A stretch of DNA of 60,362 bases from an uncultured Candidatus Saccharibacteria bacterium (GTDB lineage Bacteria; Patescibacteriota; Minisyncoccia; JAHISW01; Tagabacteraceae), in contig CAZPYD010000002.1 in NCBI GenBank assembly GCA_964590835.1, forward strand, positions 1 to 60,362, given 5' to 3'. Made by a program: the position numbers and the translations under genes. Within the stretch, counting starts at the first letter, position 1; each line of letters begins with the position of its first letter. The notes under the pieces are model-generated. The model was not told where the DNA came from, did not search any database, and was given only the letters and a program-made list of their open reading frames with translations. Of the stretch, positions 10,599 to 19,777 are shown in pieces.

Positions 10599-10625
10599 AG
10601 TGTAGGGGTATTATTAGGAATCATA

Positions 10626-10710
10626 GGAGGAGTCGCATAGTGGCCGAGTGCGCCACCTTGGAAAGGTGGTATACCGCAAGGTATCGCAGGTTCGAATCCT
10701 GTCTCCTCCG
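10626..10710 (+). tRNA. tRNA-Ser (anticodon GGA), long variable arm, CCA not encoded
   Basis: Hand fold: acceptor GGAGGAG/CTCCTCC, anticodon stem CCACC/GGTGG with loop TTGGAAA, variable arm ATACC-GCAA-GGTAT, T-arm GCAGG-TTCGAAT-CCTGT. Confidence 0.9.
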
Positions 10711-10972
10711 CAAACAAAGACGTAGGCGCGTAGCGCCGAGGATATTGCTTTGCGTGAGGAGACAGGATGAAGAACCGTAGGCGCCTATTTTTAATGAACG
10801 AAGAGAATATAAAAATAGTGCGTCTCGAGCAAGTTTCTTGCGAGAGGCGAATCCTGTCTCCTCCGCGTTGAGAAAAATTCTAATCGTTGTTTAATCGAAT
10901 TCCATCCCCACCGCAAACAAAGACGTAGGCGCGTAGCGACGAGGATATTGGTTTGCATGAAGGAGGCAGGAT
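10711..10972. repeat. array of tRNA 3'-end fragments plus a duplicated 58-nt downstream block
   Basis: The block caaacaaagacgtaggcgcgtagcg.cgaggatattg.tttgc.tga..ggag.caggat occurs at 10711-10768 and 10914-10972. A 19-nt exact copy of the tRNA-Ser 3' end lies at 10848-10866. A second tRNA-like 3' end (atcgaattccatccccaccg) lies at 10894-10913. Confidence 0.8.
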
Positions 10973-11193
10973 TTGAAAGACGAAGGTGAGAAATAACTGT
11001 GTTATAATAAAAAAATAAAAATCAAGCCTAAAAAGCTATAAAATTTAATAAAAGATTAAATGTTTTTATATACACAATAGTTTTTTCTAAAATAAAAGAA
11101 AAATTTTATAACGAGTTAGTTAAAATGAGAGAATCAGGAGAGTTAAATCAAATATATAAAAAATATTATAATAAGGATATAGATTTTTAAAAT

Positions 11194-11631
11194 ATGACAG
11201 TTCAAAAATTTTTTGTAGCATTGTTTATTATTTTAGCACTTAGTGTTAGCTTGGGTTTTGCTATGGATGGTTTTTATAAAACTACGAATATAATAGAAAC
11301 AAATGGACAAGTCGTTAAATTAACTGCTAGCAATTATTCAAAAATTCTAGGAAATTGGGTTTCTTTAGATGACGAAAGATATACGATCCAGTTTAGTAAA
11401 GGACACAAGATTGATTTTTATGATGATGGTGAGGTGGCAAAAGATAAATTTGCTTTATATAGAGAATATCCAAAAACAGAAGATTCCTTAAAAAACAAGA
11501 GGGGTAAATATTTATTTGTAGGGGATGGGGAAGACCAGCTTGTGTATGAGCTTAAGATGTTAGATGAGGATGTATTGGAAATGATTTATTTAGATAGGGG
11601 TAATCTTTTGAGATTTAAAAAAATAAACTAA
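11194..11631 (+). CDS. hypothetical secreted protein
   Basis: N-terminal signal-like helix FVALFIILALSVSLGFA. I recognise no family motif. Confidence 0.55.
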   Translation: MTVQKFFVALFIILALSVSLGFAMDGFYKTTNIIETNGQVVKLTASNYSKILGNWVSLDDERYTIQFSKGHKIDFYDDGEVAKDKFALYREYPKTEDSLKNKRGKYLFVGDGEDQLVYELKMLDEDVLEMIYLDRGNLLRFKKIN

Positions 11632-11634
11632 AAT

Positions 11635-12936
11635 TTACTTAATTTTTCTTATTACATAAACCTGGTCGTTTTTGCGACTAGTTTTATTTACCCCGCCGGG
11701 CGGGGTAAATTTTATAGCAACCTTTTCGCCTTGTTTAGCTTGTTTAACTGGCTTGTGTTCTATTTCCATGAATTCTATTTTTTGTTTAAAGCTGCCAGTT
11801 TTAGGTCCTTGGAAAATTAGTTTATCACCCTTTTTAATTTTTTTGTTTGCCTGGATAAGTATTTCAGCCACGCTAATTTTTGGATAATAGTGAGTGACAA
11901 TGCCTACGTGGATTTTCTTTTCTGATGCTTGGTTGCCATAGCCATTACACCACTCGTTTATTGGTTGACCTAAAAAAAAGCCATTACCAAAGCCTCGGTT
12001 GTAGACTTTTTCAACTTCTTTTTTGGTTTCTTTTTTAAGTTGTGTCAGTTCCTCTCTAAATTTTTTGCCTTTAATTGATGCATCGAAAATAAAATCAATT
12101 AGTTTTCTATAGGCAGCAGTGACAGTGGCAACGTATTCTGGGCTTCTGTTGCGACCCTCTATTTTAAAACATTCGGCCCCAGTTTCCATTAATTTTTCAA
12201 AAAAATCTATAGTGCAAAGATCTTTCGGGCTTAGTACATAGCTTTCGCCAATTTCCAACTCCCTGATTTTTTCAATGTTCGGAGTCCGACTCCCAACATT
12301 GGAGTTGGTTTTTTCTTTTATTAAGTATTTTCTTCTGCATGGCTGGAGGCACTCTCCGCGGTTTGCAGATTTACCATGCATAAACTGCGATAAGAAGCAT
12401 CTCCCTGATAGGGAAACACACATCGCGCCATGGATAAATATTTCTATCTCTGCTTTTGTATTTTTTTTGATTTTTTTGATTTGCTTAAGAGAGCATTCAC
12501 GAGCAAGAACGATTCTTTTTATTCCTAGTTTTTTATAAAATTCTGCGGCCTTTGAGTTGGAAACGCTGGCTTGTGTACTTAGGTGAGTTTCTATTCCTAG
12601 TTTTTTAGCCATTTGTATTGTTGCCAAATCCCAGCAAATAACAGCATCTATTTTTGATTTTTTGACTGCCTTTAACGTTTTTTCTATTTTAGAGATTTCT
12701 TCTTCGTATACTATTGTATTTAATGCCAAAAAGGTTCGGATTTTGTTTTCTTTTGCTATTTTAGATATTTTAGGCAGATCTTTTATTGTAAAATTTTTGG
12801 CGCCGGCGCGCATGTTGAAACCACGAATACCAAAATATACTGCATCAGTACCAGCATTTATGGCAGCGTTTAGTGACATATAGTCTTGAACTGGAGCCAG
12901 TAATTCCGGCTTTTTTCTCTTGCTTCTTTTTAACAT
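11635..12936 (-). CDS. peptidase U32 family protein (RlhA/TrhP/YegQ-like)
   Basis: ELLAPVQDYMSLNAAINAGTDAVYFG and HGAMCVSLSGRCFLSQFMHGKSANRGECLQPCRRKY are canonical U32 signatures. Confidence 0.85.
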   Translation of the reverse strand: MLKRSKRKKPELLAPVQDYMSLNAAINAGTDAVYFGIRGFNMRAGAKNFTIKDLPKISKIAKENKIRTFLALNTIVYEEEISKIEKTLKAVKKSKIDAVICWDLATIQMAKKLGIETHLSTQASVSNSKAAEFYKKLGIKRIVLARECSLKQIKKIKKNTKAEIEIFIHGAMCVSLSGRCFLSQFMHGKSANRGECLQPCRRKYLIKEKTNSNVGSRTPNIEKIRELEIGESYVLSPKDLCTIDFFEKLMETGAECFKIEGRNRSPEYVATVTAAYRKLIDFIFDASIKGKKFREELTQLKKETKKEVEKVYNRGFGNGFFLGQPINEWCNGYGNQASEKKIHVGIVTHYYPKISVAEILIQANKKIKKGDKLIFQGPKTGSFKQKIEFMEIEHKPVKQAKQGEKVAIKFTPPGGVNKTSRKNDQVYVIRKIK

Positions 12937-13171
12937 ATTGCAAGGATTATACCACAGAAATTATAAAAATCTAGTTTTTTATCTGTTGGACATCCGATAT
13001 CCAACAGATAAAACGGCTTAATAGTAAGTTAGAAAATGCCCCATATGCATGGGGCATTTATTTTTAGGGTTGACCCGAGCCCATTTTTATGCCAGTTTTA
13101 AAGTAGAATTTAAATATGTAAGGTCTTTGAAAGAAAGATTTTTATATCTTTTGCAACGAAAGGAGGCTTTT

Positions 13172-14506
13172 ATGGCCGGTAAGTTGGGTAATGCAATAGT
13201 TGTTGACACTAATGTTTTAATTCATGACCCTCCAGCCATTGATAACTTCAGGGAAGGGGGTAATACTCTTATTATTCCATGGAAGGTGATGTTGGAATTG
13301 GATGATTTGAAGTCAAAATCTGATATCAGGTATGACGTTCAAGAAGTGTCGAGAAGAATTGAGGATTTGCAACTTAAAGAATGTAAAAATATAGTAATTG
13401 ACCGTTCAGGTATTGGATTTGTTAGAAAAGTTTCTGGTTTAAGTTTGGATGTTCCAGACCACCAAGTTATAGCCACGGCTTTTTTCTTGGCTAAAGCTAA
13501 TTTAAAAAGAAAAAAGTTTAAAAAAGTAAAACTATTGTCTCGTGATAGAGGAGTTAGAATTTTGGCTCGTGAAATTTCTAAAGAAAAAGGCAGAGAAATT
13601 TTGGTTGAAAATTATCACAAAGACGATGTGGATGTGGTGAGCCATAAAAGTATCCCTGAAATTATTGTTCCTCAAAATGTAAACATAAAAGAGGGTACTC
13701 ATTTTGAACATAAAAAAGTTAAAATAATAAGGGAAAATGAAGGAGTTGTTTGTTTTACTGAAGAAGAAAATGCACCTCCATTTCTCGCATTAAGGAAGGG
13801 ATCTTCTTTTAAAATTATTGATCCCAAAATCAATGCTTTTGGTATTAAACCTCTTTCTCTTGGTGCGGGTCAAAATCGACCACAAACCATTGCATTGACT
13901 CAGCTCTTGGATCCTGATATTCAACTCGTTTTTTTAAATGGTGGTGCTGGAACAGGAAAAACTATTTTGGCTGTTGCTTCTGCTTTACAGCAGAGAAGAT
14001 CTTACTTAAAAATATTGATTACTCGGCCAATGGTTCATTTGGAAGATGAGGATAATATGGGATTTTTACCCGGTGATATAGAGGCCAAAACTTTACCTTG
14101 GTGGAGACCTATTAATCATGCTCTTTCCGTAATAGGCCAAACAAGGGAAGATAATAATAAAAAGATTACATTGATGTTAGATCCTAGTAAAGGTGAAAAA
14201 ATACTTTTTGAGCCTCTGGATTATATTCGTGGCATGACTTTTCATCGATATTTTATAATAGTTGATGATGCTCAAAATTTAACTCCTCATCAGGTTAAAA
14301 CAATTATCACTCGTGTGGGTGAGGGGACAAAGATAGTTTTTACTGGCGACTTGGGGCAGATAGATCGGCGTCGTAGGATAAACCAACGATCCAGCGGGTT
14401 AAATTATGCTATTAACAAACTTCAAGGTAATCCTTTGGTTGGCGTCACTTTTTTTGAAGAAACTGTTCGTTCTGGTCTTGCCCGACTTGCCGAAGAAAAA
14501 CTTTAA
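13172..14506 (+). CDS. PIN domain-PhoH-like ATPase fusion (PhoH2 type)
   Basis: AGGAGG lies 6 nt before ATG 13172. IVVDTNVLIHDP is PIN-like, GGAGTGKT is a Walker A, and IIVDDAQNL is Walker B-like. The track start 13049 lies inside a hairpin. Confidence 0.85.
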   Translation: MAGKLGNAIVVDTNVLIHDPPAIDNFREGGNTLIIPWKVMLELDDLKSKSDIRYDVQEVSRRIEDLQLKECKNIVIDRSGIGFVRKVSGLSLDVPDHQVIATAFFLAKANLKRKKFKKVKLLSRDRGVRILAREISKEKGREILVENYHKDDVDVVSHKSIPEIIVPQNVNIKEGTHFEHKKVKIIRENEGVVCFTEEENAPPFLALRKGSSFKIIDPKINAFGIKPLSLGAGQNRPQTIALTQLLDPDIQLVFLNGGAGTGKTILAVASALQQRRSYLKILITRPMVHLEDEDNMGFLPGDIEAKTLPWWRPINHALSVIGQTREDNNKKITLMLDPSKGEKILFEPLDYIRGMTFHRYFIIVDDAQNLTPHQVKTIITRVGEGTKIVFTGDLGQIDRRRRINQRSSGLNYAINKLQGNPLVGVTFFEETVRSGLARLAEEKL

Positions 14507-14537
14507 TTTAGATATAAAAATATTTTTTGTAAATTTA

Positions 14538-14570
14538 AACCCTTGGGCTTTTGCTCAAGGGTTTTTCTTT
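14538..14570 (+). terminator. rho-independent terminator after phoH-like gene
   Basis: aacccttg...caagggtt stem followed by tttctttg. Confidence 0.6.
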
Positions 14571-14584
14571 GTATAATAAAAGTA

Positions 14585-15268
14585 ATGAATGGAACAGAGA
14601 ACATAAAAGATATAAGCTCGCAAAAAGAAGCTGTTTCAAAACTGGTGGAATCCAGCAGTTTGAATATGGATTTTTATTTAATGATGGTTTTGTCTAGTTT
14701 GGTGGTTTGCTTAGGGCTGCTTTTGGGGAATATAGTAATTGTTATCGGAGGCATGCTTATAACTCCTTTTTTATCTCCACTTTTAATGCTTGCTTTCGCT
14801 TTTGTTTCTTCTGATTTTGGGATTATTAAGAGAGCTTTATATATTATTTTTAAATCGGTTGTGGTTATTTTGGTAACTTCTTTTGTTGCCACTTTGCTTG
14901 TGCCGCGAGCAGATGTGGATCTAACTTTGGTTACCAATATTGCCAATATTAATCTTTCTTATTTTTATGTTTCTTTGGTGGCTGGGTTTGCGGCTGTTTA
15001 TGCTTGGGCTAGACCAAATATAGCCAGCATATTGCCGGGGGTTGCCATTACTGTGGCGCTTTTGCCGCCGCTTGTAAGTATTGCCGTGGCTTTTTCTTTT
15101 TTTGATTTTCCTTTGATGGTGCGCTTTGTTCAGTCTAGTGTAGCCAATATTTTAGGTGTTTTGCTTTCAGCTACTTTTGTTTTTGCTATACTTGGTTTTT
15201 ATAGAACAAGGAATCACGCTAAAAAAGAAATAAAAGAAACAGAAGAAAAGGAGGAAAGTGAAATATAA
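14585..15268 (+). CDS. DUF389-type hydrophobic membrane protein
   Basis: Multiple TM helices; GGMLITPFLSPLL and VAITVALLPPL motifs resemble DUF389 (TIGR00341-like). Confidence 0.55.
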   Translation: MNGTENIKDISSQKEAVSKLVESSSLNMDFYLMMVLSSLVVCLGLLLGNIVIVIGGMLITPFLSPLLMLAFAFVSSDFGIIKRALYIIFKSVVVILVTSFVATLLVPRADVDLTLVTNIANINLSYFYVSLVAGFAAVYAWARPNIASILPGVAITVALLPPLVSIAVAFSFFDFPLMVRFVQSSVANILGVLLSATFVFAILGFYRTRNHAKKEIKETEEKEESEI

Positions 15269-15294
15269 TTTTCATCCACAAGTATAATTTTGAT

Positions 15295-16128
15295 ATGGAA
15301 AATCAGTTTTTTTATAATAGCGGAATATTGTTTTTGACAAATAATTGTAATAATAATTGTTTAATATGCCAAGATAAATCACCTAATCTCAGTAAAAAAT
15401 TAGATATGGAATATAGTCAGGCCGTAAAGTTAATTGATATTTGGAAGAAAAATCAAAAAAAAGAAATTGAGATATATGGCGGAGAACCTCTTCTTTGTAA
15501 GGATTTCTGGAAGATATTAGACTATATGAAAGAATCCGGTATTTTCCCTAAAATAATGTCTAATGCAAGAGTTTTTTCAAATACTTCGATTGTAAGCAAA
15601 ATAAAGGTTTATAATCCCAAAATAATTACAAGTATTTTTAGTTTAGATCCTGATATTCATGATACGATAACAACTGTGCCAGGGAGTCTTGAGCAATCAA
15701 TTGCCGGAATTAATAATTTAATAAAAGAAGGACTGAGTGTTGTGGTGACAATTGTAATAACAAAATTAAACCAGAATACAATTTTATATATAGTTAATGG
15801 GTTGATTGAAATGGGCGTTGATACGATAAAAATATCAGGGTTAATCAGACAAGGGAGAATGTTTGAAGAAAAAAGATCTTTTTTGATTCCTGACTTTGAT
15901 AAAGTTAAAATAAGCATGGATCCTTTAGTGTCGGTTTTGGAAAAAAATAGAAAAAATAGCAACAATTTTTCTTATCAATTTGAAAAACTACCCTTATGTT
16001 TACATGATTCTTTGCGTTTGTCATTGCGGTGTGAAGATACGCATAAAGAGAAGTTATTAATTAAACCAAAGAACGAAGATTGTTGTAAAAGATGTAAGAA
16101 AAGAAAGTTTTGTTTAGCGGTTTTGTAG
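15295..16128 (+). CDS. radical SAM protein, paralog of the 43.9-49.5 kb array family
   Basis: CNNNCLIC (CX3CX2C), YGGEPLL, SL.DPDIHD.IT..PGS.EQ...GINNL, and a C-terminal LPLC...CKRCKKRKFC module. Confidence 0.85.
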   Translation: MENQFFYNSGILFLTNNCNNNCLICQDKSPNLSKKLDMEYSQAVKLIDIWKKNQKKEIEIYGGEPLLCKDFWKILDYMKESGIFPKIMSNARVFSNTSIVSKIKVYNPKIITSIFSLDPDIHDTITTVPGSLEQSIAGINNLIKEGLSVVVTIVITKLNQNTILYIVNGLIEMGVDTIKISGLIRQGRMFEEKRSFLIPDFDKVKISMDPLVSVLEKNRKNSNNFSYQFEKLPLCLHDSLRLSLRCEDTHKEKLLIKPKNEDCCKRCKKRKFCLAVL

Positions 16129-16344
16129 GCTTTAAATAATTTTATTTGCAAAACTCCTGTGAAGTAGGATTAATAGAGTTGACCGTTGCTTATTTTTACT
16201 TCTATCCACATTATCCACAATTTTGGTGGATTTTATTTTTAGAGTTAGTATAAAGAATAACAGTTTTAAATATTAGAATTTATAATTTAAATATGATTTC
16301 GAATTTCAGGTTTTGAGATTCGAAATTTTAATTTAAGAAATATT

Positions 16345-19086
16345 ATGGCAACAAGAAAAAAGATAGTAAAAAAAGAAAAAACACAAAAAGCCCGCCTTGC
16401 CTCGACAAAGGCGAGGCAGGTTAAAATGATTCAAAAAATCAAAAAGCGTGATGGTAGAGTTGTTGATTTTGATCCGAAAAGAATCGAAGAAGCTGTTTTT
16501 AAAGCATTTGAAGCAAGTGGTCAACCAGATAAAAAACTAGCTCAAGAAGTTGCCAAAACTGTTTTAAACAAATTAAATCAAAAATATAAAAAAAATATTT
16601 CTAAAGCCATTCCCACTGTTGAGGAGCTTCAAGATATTGTGGAAGAATCTCTTATTGAAGATGGGTCTGCAAAAGTTGCCAAATCATATATTCTTTATCG
16701 TCAAAAAAGAGCTGATTTAAGACGTGAAAAACAAGACATACTCGATAAGGGGGAGATAGATGAAGTAGACAAATATTTTGACCCAAACGCTCTCCGAGTT
16801 TTAAAGAGTCGTTATTTGAGAAAAGATGAGAATGGCAAGGTAATAGAATCTCCAAAAGAACTTTTTCAAAGAGTAGCTGTGCATACTGTTTTGCCGGATA
16901 TTGTTTATGACAAGAGAGTAACTTCAAAAAGGGTTGTTGGTAAAAAAGAAATACCTATGTGCCCACCCAGTGGGACAGATCAATTAGGTGTTTTGGGTGA
17001 GAAACGAGCCGTTGAGTTGGAAGGCAAAATGAGAATAGGGGATTATTACTTAAATCGTTTTCACGCCAAAGGGCTTTATCATTGTTTTGACAGATTCAAG
17101 AGAGAGGGAAAGGTAAAAATTAGTTGGGAGAAATTGGTGGAGATGTTAAAGAAGAATAAATTTGCCAAGCATCAAAAAAGAATTGATGAGTTTTATAAGT
17201 TAATGGTTTCTAGGGATTTTATGCCCAACACTCCTACTATTGCCAATTTTGGAAGTTTTTTGGGAATGGGTTCTGCTTGTTTTGCTTTGAATATTAAAGA
17301 TTCTATTAATTCCATAATGGAAACCCTTAAGAGGGCTGCTATAGTTTTCAAATCAGGCGGTGGTTTGGGTTATAATTTTTCAAAACTTAGGCCGGAGGGC
17401 GATTTCATAAAAACAACAGGAGGTGCTTCTTCCGGACCATTAAGTTTTATGCGTCTTTTTGACACAATGACAGAGGTGGTGAAGCAGGGTGGAATAAGAA
17501 GAGGGGCTAACATGGGAATAATGAATAGCAATCATCCTGATATAGAAAATTTTGTGATGGCCAAAGAGGGGAACAAGGCTTTGAATAACTTTAATATTTC
17601 CATTTTGGTAATGCCGGAATTTTGGGAATGCTACAAAAAGAACAAGCCGTATCCATTAGTTAACCCAAGAACTGGTGAGGTGCAGCGTTACATTTCTGCC
17701 AAGATTTTGTTCGACAGCATTGCTTATCAGGCATGGGAATCTGCTGAACCGGGATTGCTATTTTTCGATAAGATAAATGAACACAACCCGGTATTAAAAG
17801 AGATGGGACCGATTGTTACTACCAATCCTTGTGGCGAGCTTTTGCTTTATCCAAACGAGTCTTGCAACTTGGGCTCAATCAATCTTTGGAATTTTGTGAA
17901 AGAAAATGAAAAAGGCAAAAATGAAGTTGATTGGGAAAAACTGGAAAAGGCAGTAAGATTGGGTGTAAGATTTTTGGATAACATTATAGATGTAAACCAA
18001 CTCCCATTAAATGAAATAGAAGAGATGACCCTACAAACAAGAAAGATCGGCTTGGGTGTTATGGGGTTGGGTGATTTGCTTTTCGAGCTTGGAGTAACTT
18101 ACAACTCACCAAAAGGACGTGAACTAATGGAAAAAATTGCTGAATTTATAAATTATTATTCCAAAGAAGAATCGGTTAAAATGGCAAAAGAAAAAGGAGC
18201 CTTTCCTTTGTTCAAGAAGAGTTCTTTTGCAAAAGGAGAAATGCCTGTTTCCGGATTTTATGATAAAAAATCTTGGAATTTTGAATGGAAGAAGCTCGCA
18301 GCCAAAATTAAAAAATTCGGTATTAGAAATAGCTACACTACAGTGATTGCGCCTACCGGATCAATTTCCATGATTGCCGGTTGTTCTTCAGGGGTTGAGC
18401 CGGTTTATTCTTTGGTTTATCAAAAGAGTGTGGCTGTGGGTTCTTTTTATTATATTGATCCTGTTTTCGAGCACCACATGCTTCGCGAAGGTCTTTTTGA
18501 TGAGGATTTGATAACAGACGTGGTTAACTCAAAGGGGACTGTTCAGAATATAAACTACATACCGCCTAAATTTAAAAAAGTTTTTGTTACAAGTCATGAC
18601 ATTAAGCCGGAGGACCACATAAAGAGTTTAGCTGCTTTTCAGAAGTGGGTGGATTCTTCTATTTCAAAAACAATTAATTTTCCAAGAACAGCTTCTGTGG
18701 GTGATATCAAAAGAGCTTACCTTTTGGCTCATGAATTAGGATGCAAAGGGGTTACTGTTTATAGGGATACTTCTCTAAAGAAACAAGTTTTGTCGACAGA
18801 AGGGGCAGGCAAAAAAACAGATCCCTTCGTCAAAACTCAGGGCAAGAAAAAGAAGAGTGAAAAAGAAAGCGGTTTGCAAAGATTAAAAGATGAAAAGGCG
18901 GAGGGTATGGCTGTTTATCGAGATCCATCCGGTGTTTATATGAATGGTAATGGTGATAATGAGAATGGTTTTGTTGCAGATAAACCAACTGGAAAGATTA
19001 CAAAATGTCCAAGTTGTAAGATAGACCTTTCTTTTAAGGAAGGATGTATGTCTTGTCCTGTTTGTGGTTGGGGGTTGTGTGCGTAA
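16345..19086 (+). CDS. nrdJ: class II (adenosylcobalamin-dependent) ribonucleotide reductase with ATP-cone and C-terminal Cys4 ribbon
   Basis: An ATP-cone ([20 protein letters not shown]), TNPCGE...[10 protein letters not shown], and a C-terminal CPSC...CPVC. The start may instead be ATG 16426. Confidence 0.9.
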   Translation: MATRKKIVKKEKTQKARLASTKARQVKMIQKIKKRDGRVVDFDPKRIEEAVFKAFEASGQPDKKLAQEVAKTVLNKLNQKYKKNISKAIPTVEELQDIVEESLIEDGSAKVAKSYILYRQKRADLRREKQDILDKGEIDEVDKYFDPNALRVLKSRYLRKDENGKVIESPKELFQRVAVHTVLPDIVYDKRVTSKRVVGKKEIPMCPPSGTDQLGVLGEKRAVELEGKMRIGDYYLNRFHAKGLYHCFDRFKREGKVKISWEKLVEMLKKNKFAKHQKRIDEFYKLMVSRDFMPNTPTIANFGSFLGMGSACFALNIKDSINSIMETLKRAAIVFKSGGGLGYNFSKLRPEGDFIKTTGGASSGPLSFMRLFDTMTEVVKQGGIRRGANMGIMNSNHPDIENFVMAKEGNKALNNFNISILVMPEFWECYKKNKPYPLVNPRTGEVQRYISAKILFDSIAYQAWESAEPGLLFFDKINEHNPVLKEMGPIVTTNPCGELLLYPNESCNLGSINLWNFVKENEKGKNEVDWEKLEKAVRLGVRFLDNIIDVNQLPLNEIEEMTLQTRKIGLGVMGLGDLLFELGVTYNSPKGRELMEKIAEFINYYSKEESVKMAKEKGAFPLFKKSSFAKGEMPVSGFYDKKSWNFEWKKLAAKIKKFGIRNSYTTVIAPTGSISMIAGCSSGVEPVYSLVYQKSVAVGSFYYIDPVFEHHMLREGLFDEDLITDVVNSKGTVQNINYIPPKFKKVFVTSHDIKPEDHIKSLAAFQKWVDSSISKTINFPRTASVGDIKRAYLLAHELGCKGVTVYRDTSLKKQVLSTEGAGKKTDPFVKTQGKKKKSEKESGLQRLKDEKAEGMAVYRDPSGVYMNGNGDNENGFVADKPTGKITKCPSCKIDLSFKEGCMSCPVCGWGLCA

Positions 19087-19136
19087 TTATTTTTTGATAT
19101 TTTAAGTATATAATTTAATAGAATTTACTAAAAAGA

Positions 19137-19553
19137 ATGGAAAAAGTAAAAATAAAAAATAATACTATAGAATTTGTTTTTAATTTACAGAATTATCCGA
19201 TGGAGGCACTTTATGGCACCGCTTATGTTTTTTTAGACAGAGCCTATTTGTTTTTGGATAACAAAACACCCGAGAAAATAAATATATTTTTAAAAGGCAA
19301 AAAAAAATTAACTAAAAAACAATTAGAGCAACTAAAAGATGATTTTCTAAATGAACTTTTGAATTATACGGTTAGAATAAAACTGACAAAAAATAATAAA
19401 AAAATAAGAGAGTTTGTTGTTGGGCAGGCTTTGTTTGCAGCTTTAAGTAATGGTGGTGAAGAAGACGAAGGTCTTAGTTATGATGATGATCCTCTTGGTA
19501 TCGCTGTTCCGTGGGAGGACAAATACGGTAAAGAAACAAAGAAGAAAAAATAA
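19137..19553 (+). CDS. HxsD-like small protein
   Basis: FLNELLNYTVRIKL resembles the LLNDYxLRE motif that names the HxsD family. It is positioned upstream of an HxsB-like rSAM gene. Confidence 0.45.
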   Translation: MEKVKIKNNTIEFVFNLQNYPMEALYGTAYVFLDRAYLFLDNKTPEKINIFLKGKKKLTKKQLEQLKDDFLNELLNYTVRIKLTKNNKKIREFVVGQALFAALSNGGEEDEGLSYDDDPLGIAVPWEDKYGKETKKKK

Positions 19554-19569
19554 ATAATCAACAAGGATA

Positions 19570-19770
19570 ATGGTTATAAAATTTAGTAAAAAAATATATA
19601 AATTAAACGCGATAAAATCAGCCATAAAACAATACCAGGAATTGGCTGATTTTAGTTTTGAGAAAAAAGATGATTATATTTTTGTGAAATTGAAAAAAAT
19701 TGATAAGGATATTGAGAAAATAATTAAAGATGAATTTTGTAATTATGTTCTTGGCTTAATGAAAACATAA
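19570..19770 (+). CDS. second short HxsD-like protein
   Basis: AAGGA RBS; DEFCNYVLGL aligns with the same motif region. 66 aa. Confidence 0.4.
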   Translation: MVIKFSKKIYKLNAIKSAIKQYQELADFSFEKKDDYIFVKLKKIDKDIEKIIKDEFCNYVLGLMKT

Positions 19771-19777
19771 AATATCG

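Noticed and set aside
13049-13171. Longer N-terminus for the PIN-PhoH protein (track start 13049)
   Set aside because: That start lies inside the terminator-like hairpin and adds a non-conserved 41 aa. AGGAGG-ATG at 13172 gives the canonical PIN N-terminus.
16129-16344. Cobalamin riboswitch upstream of the B12-dependent nrdJ
   Set aside because: No B12-box-like GC-rich core. The region is almost pure A/T apart from the ATCCAC repeats.
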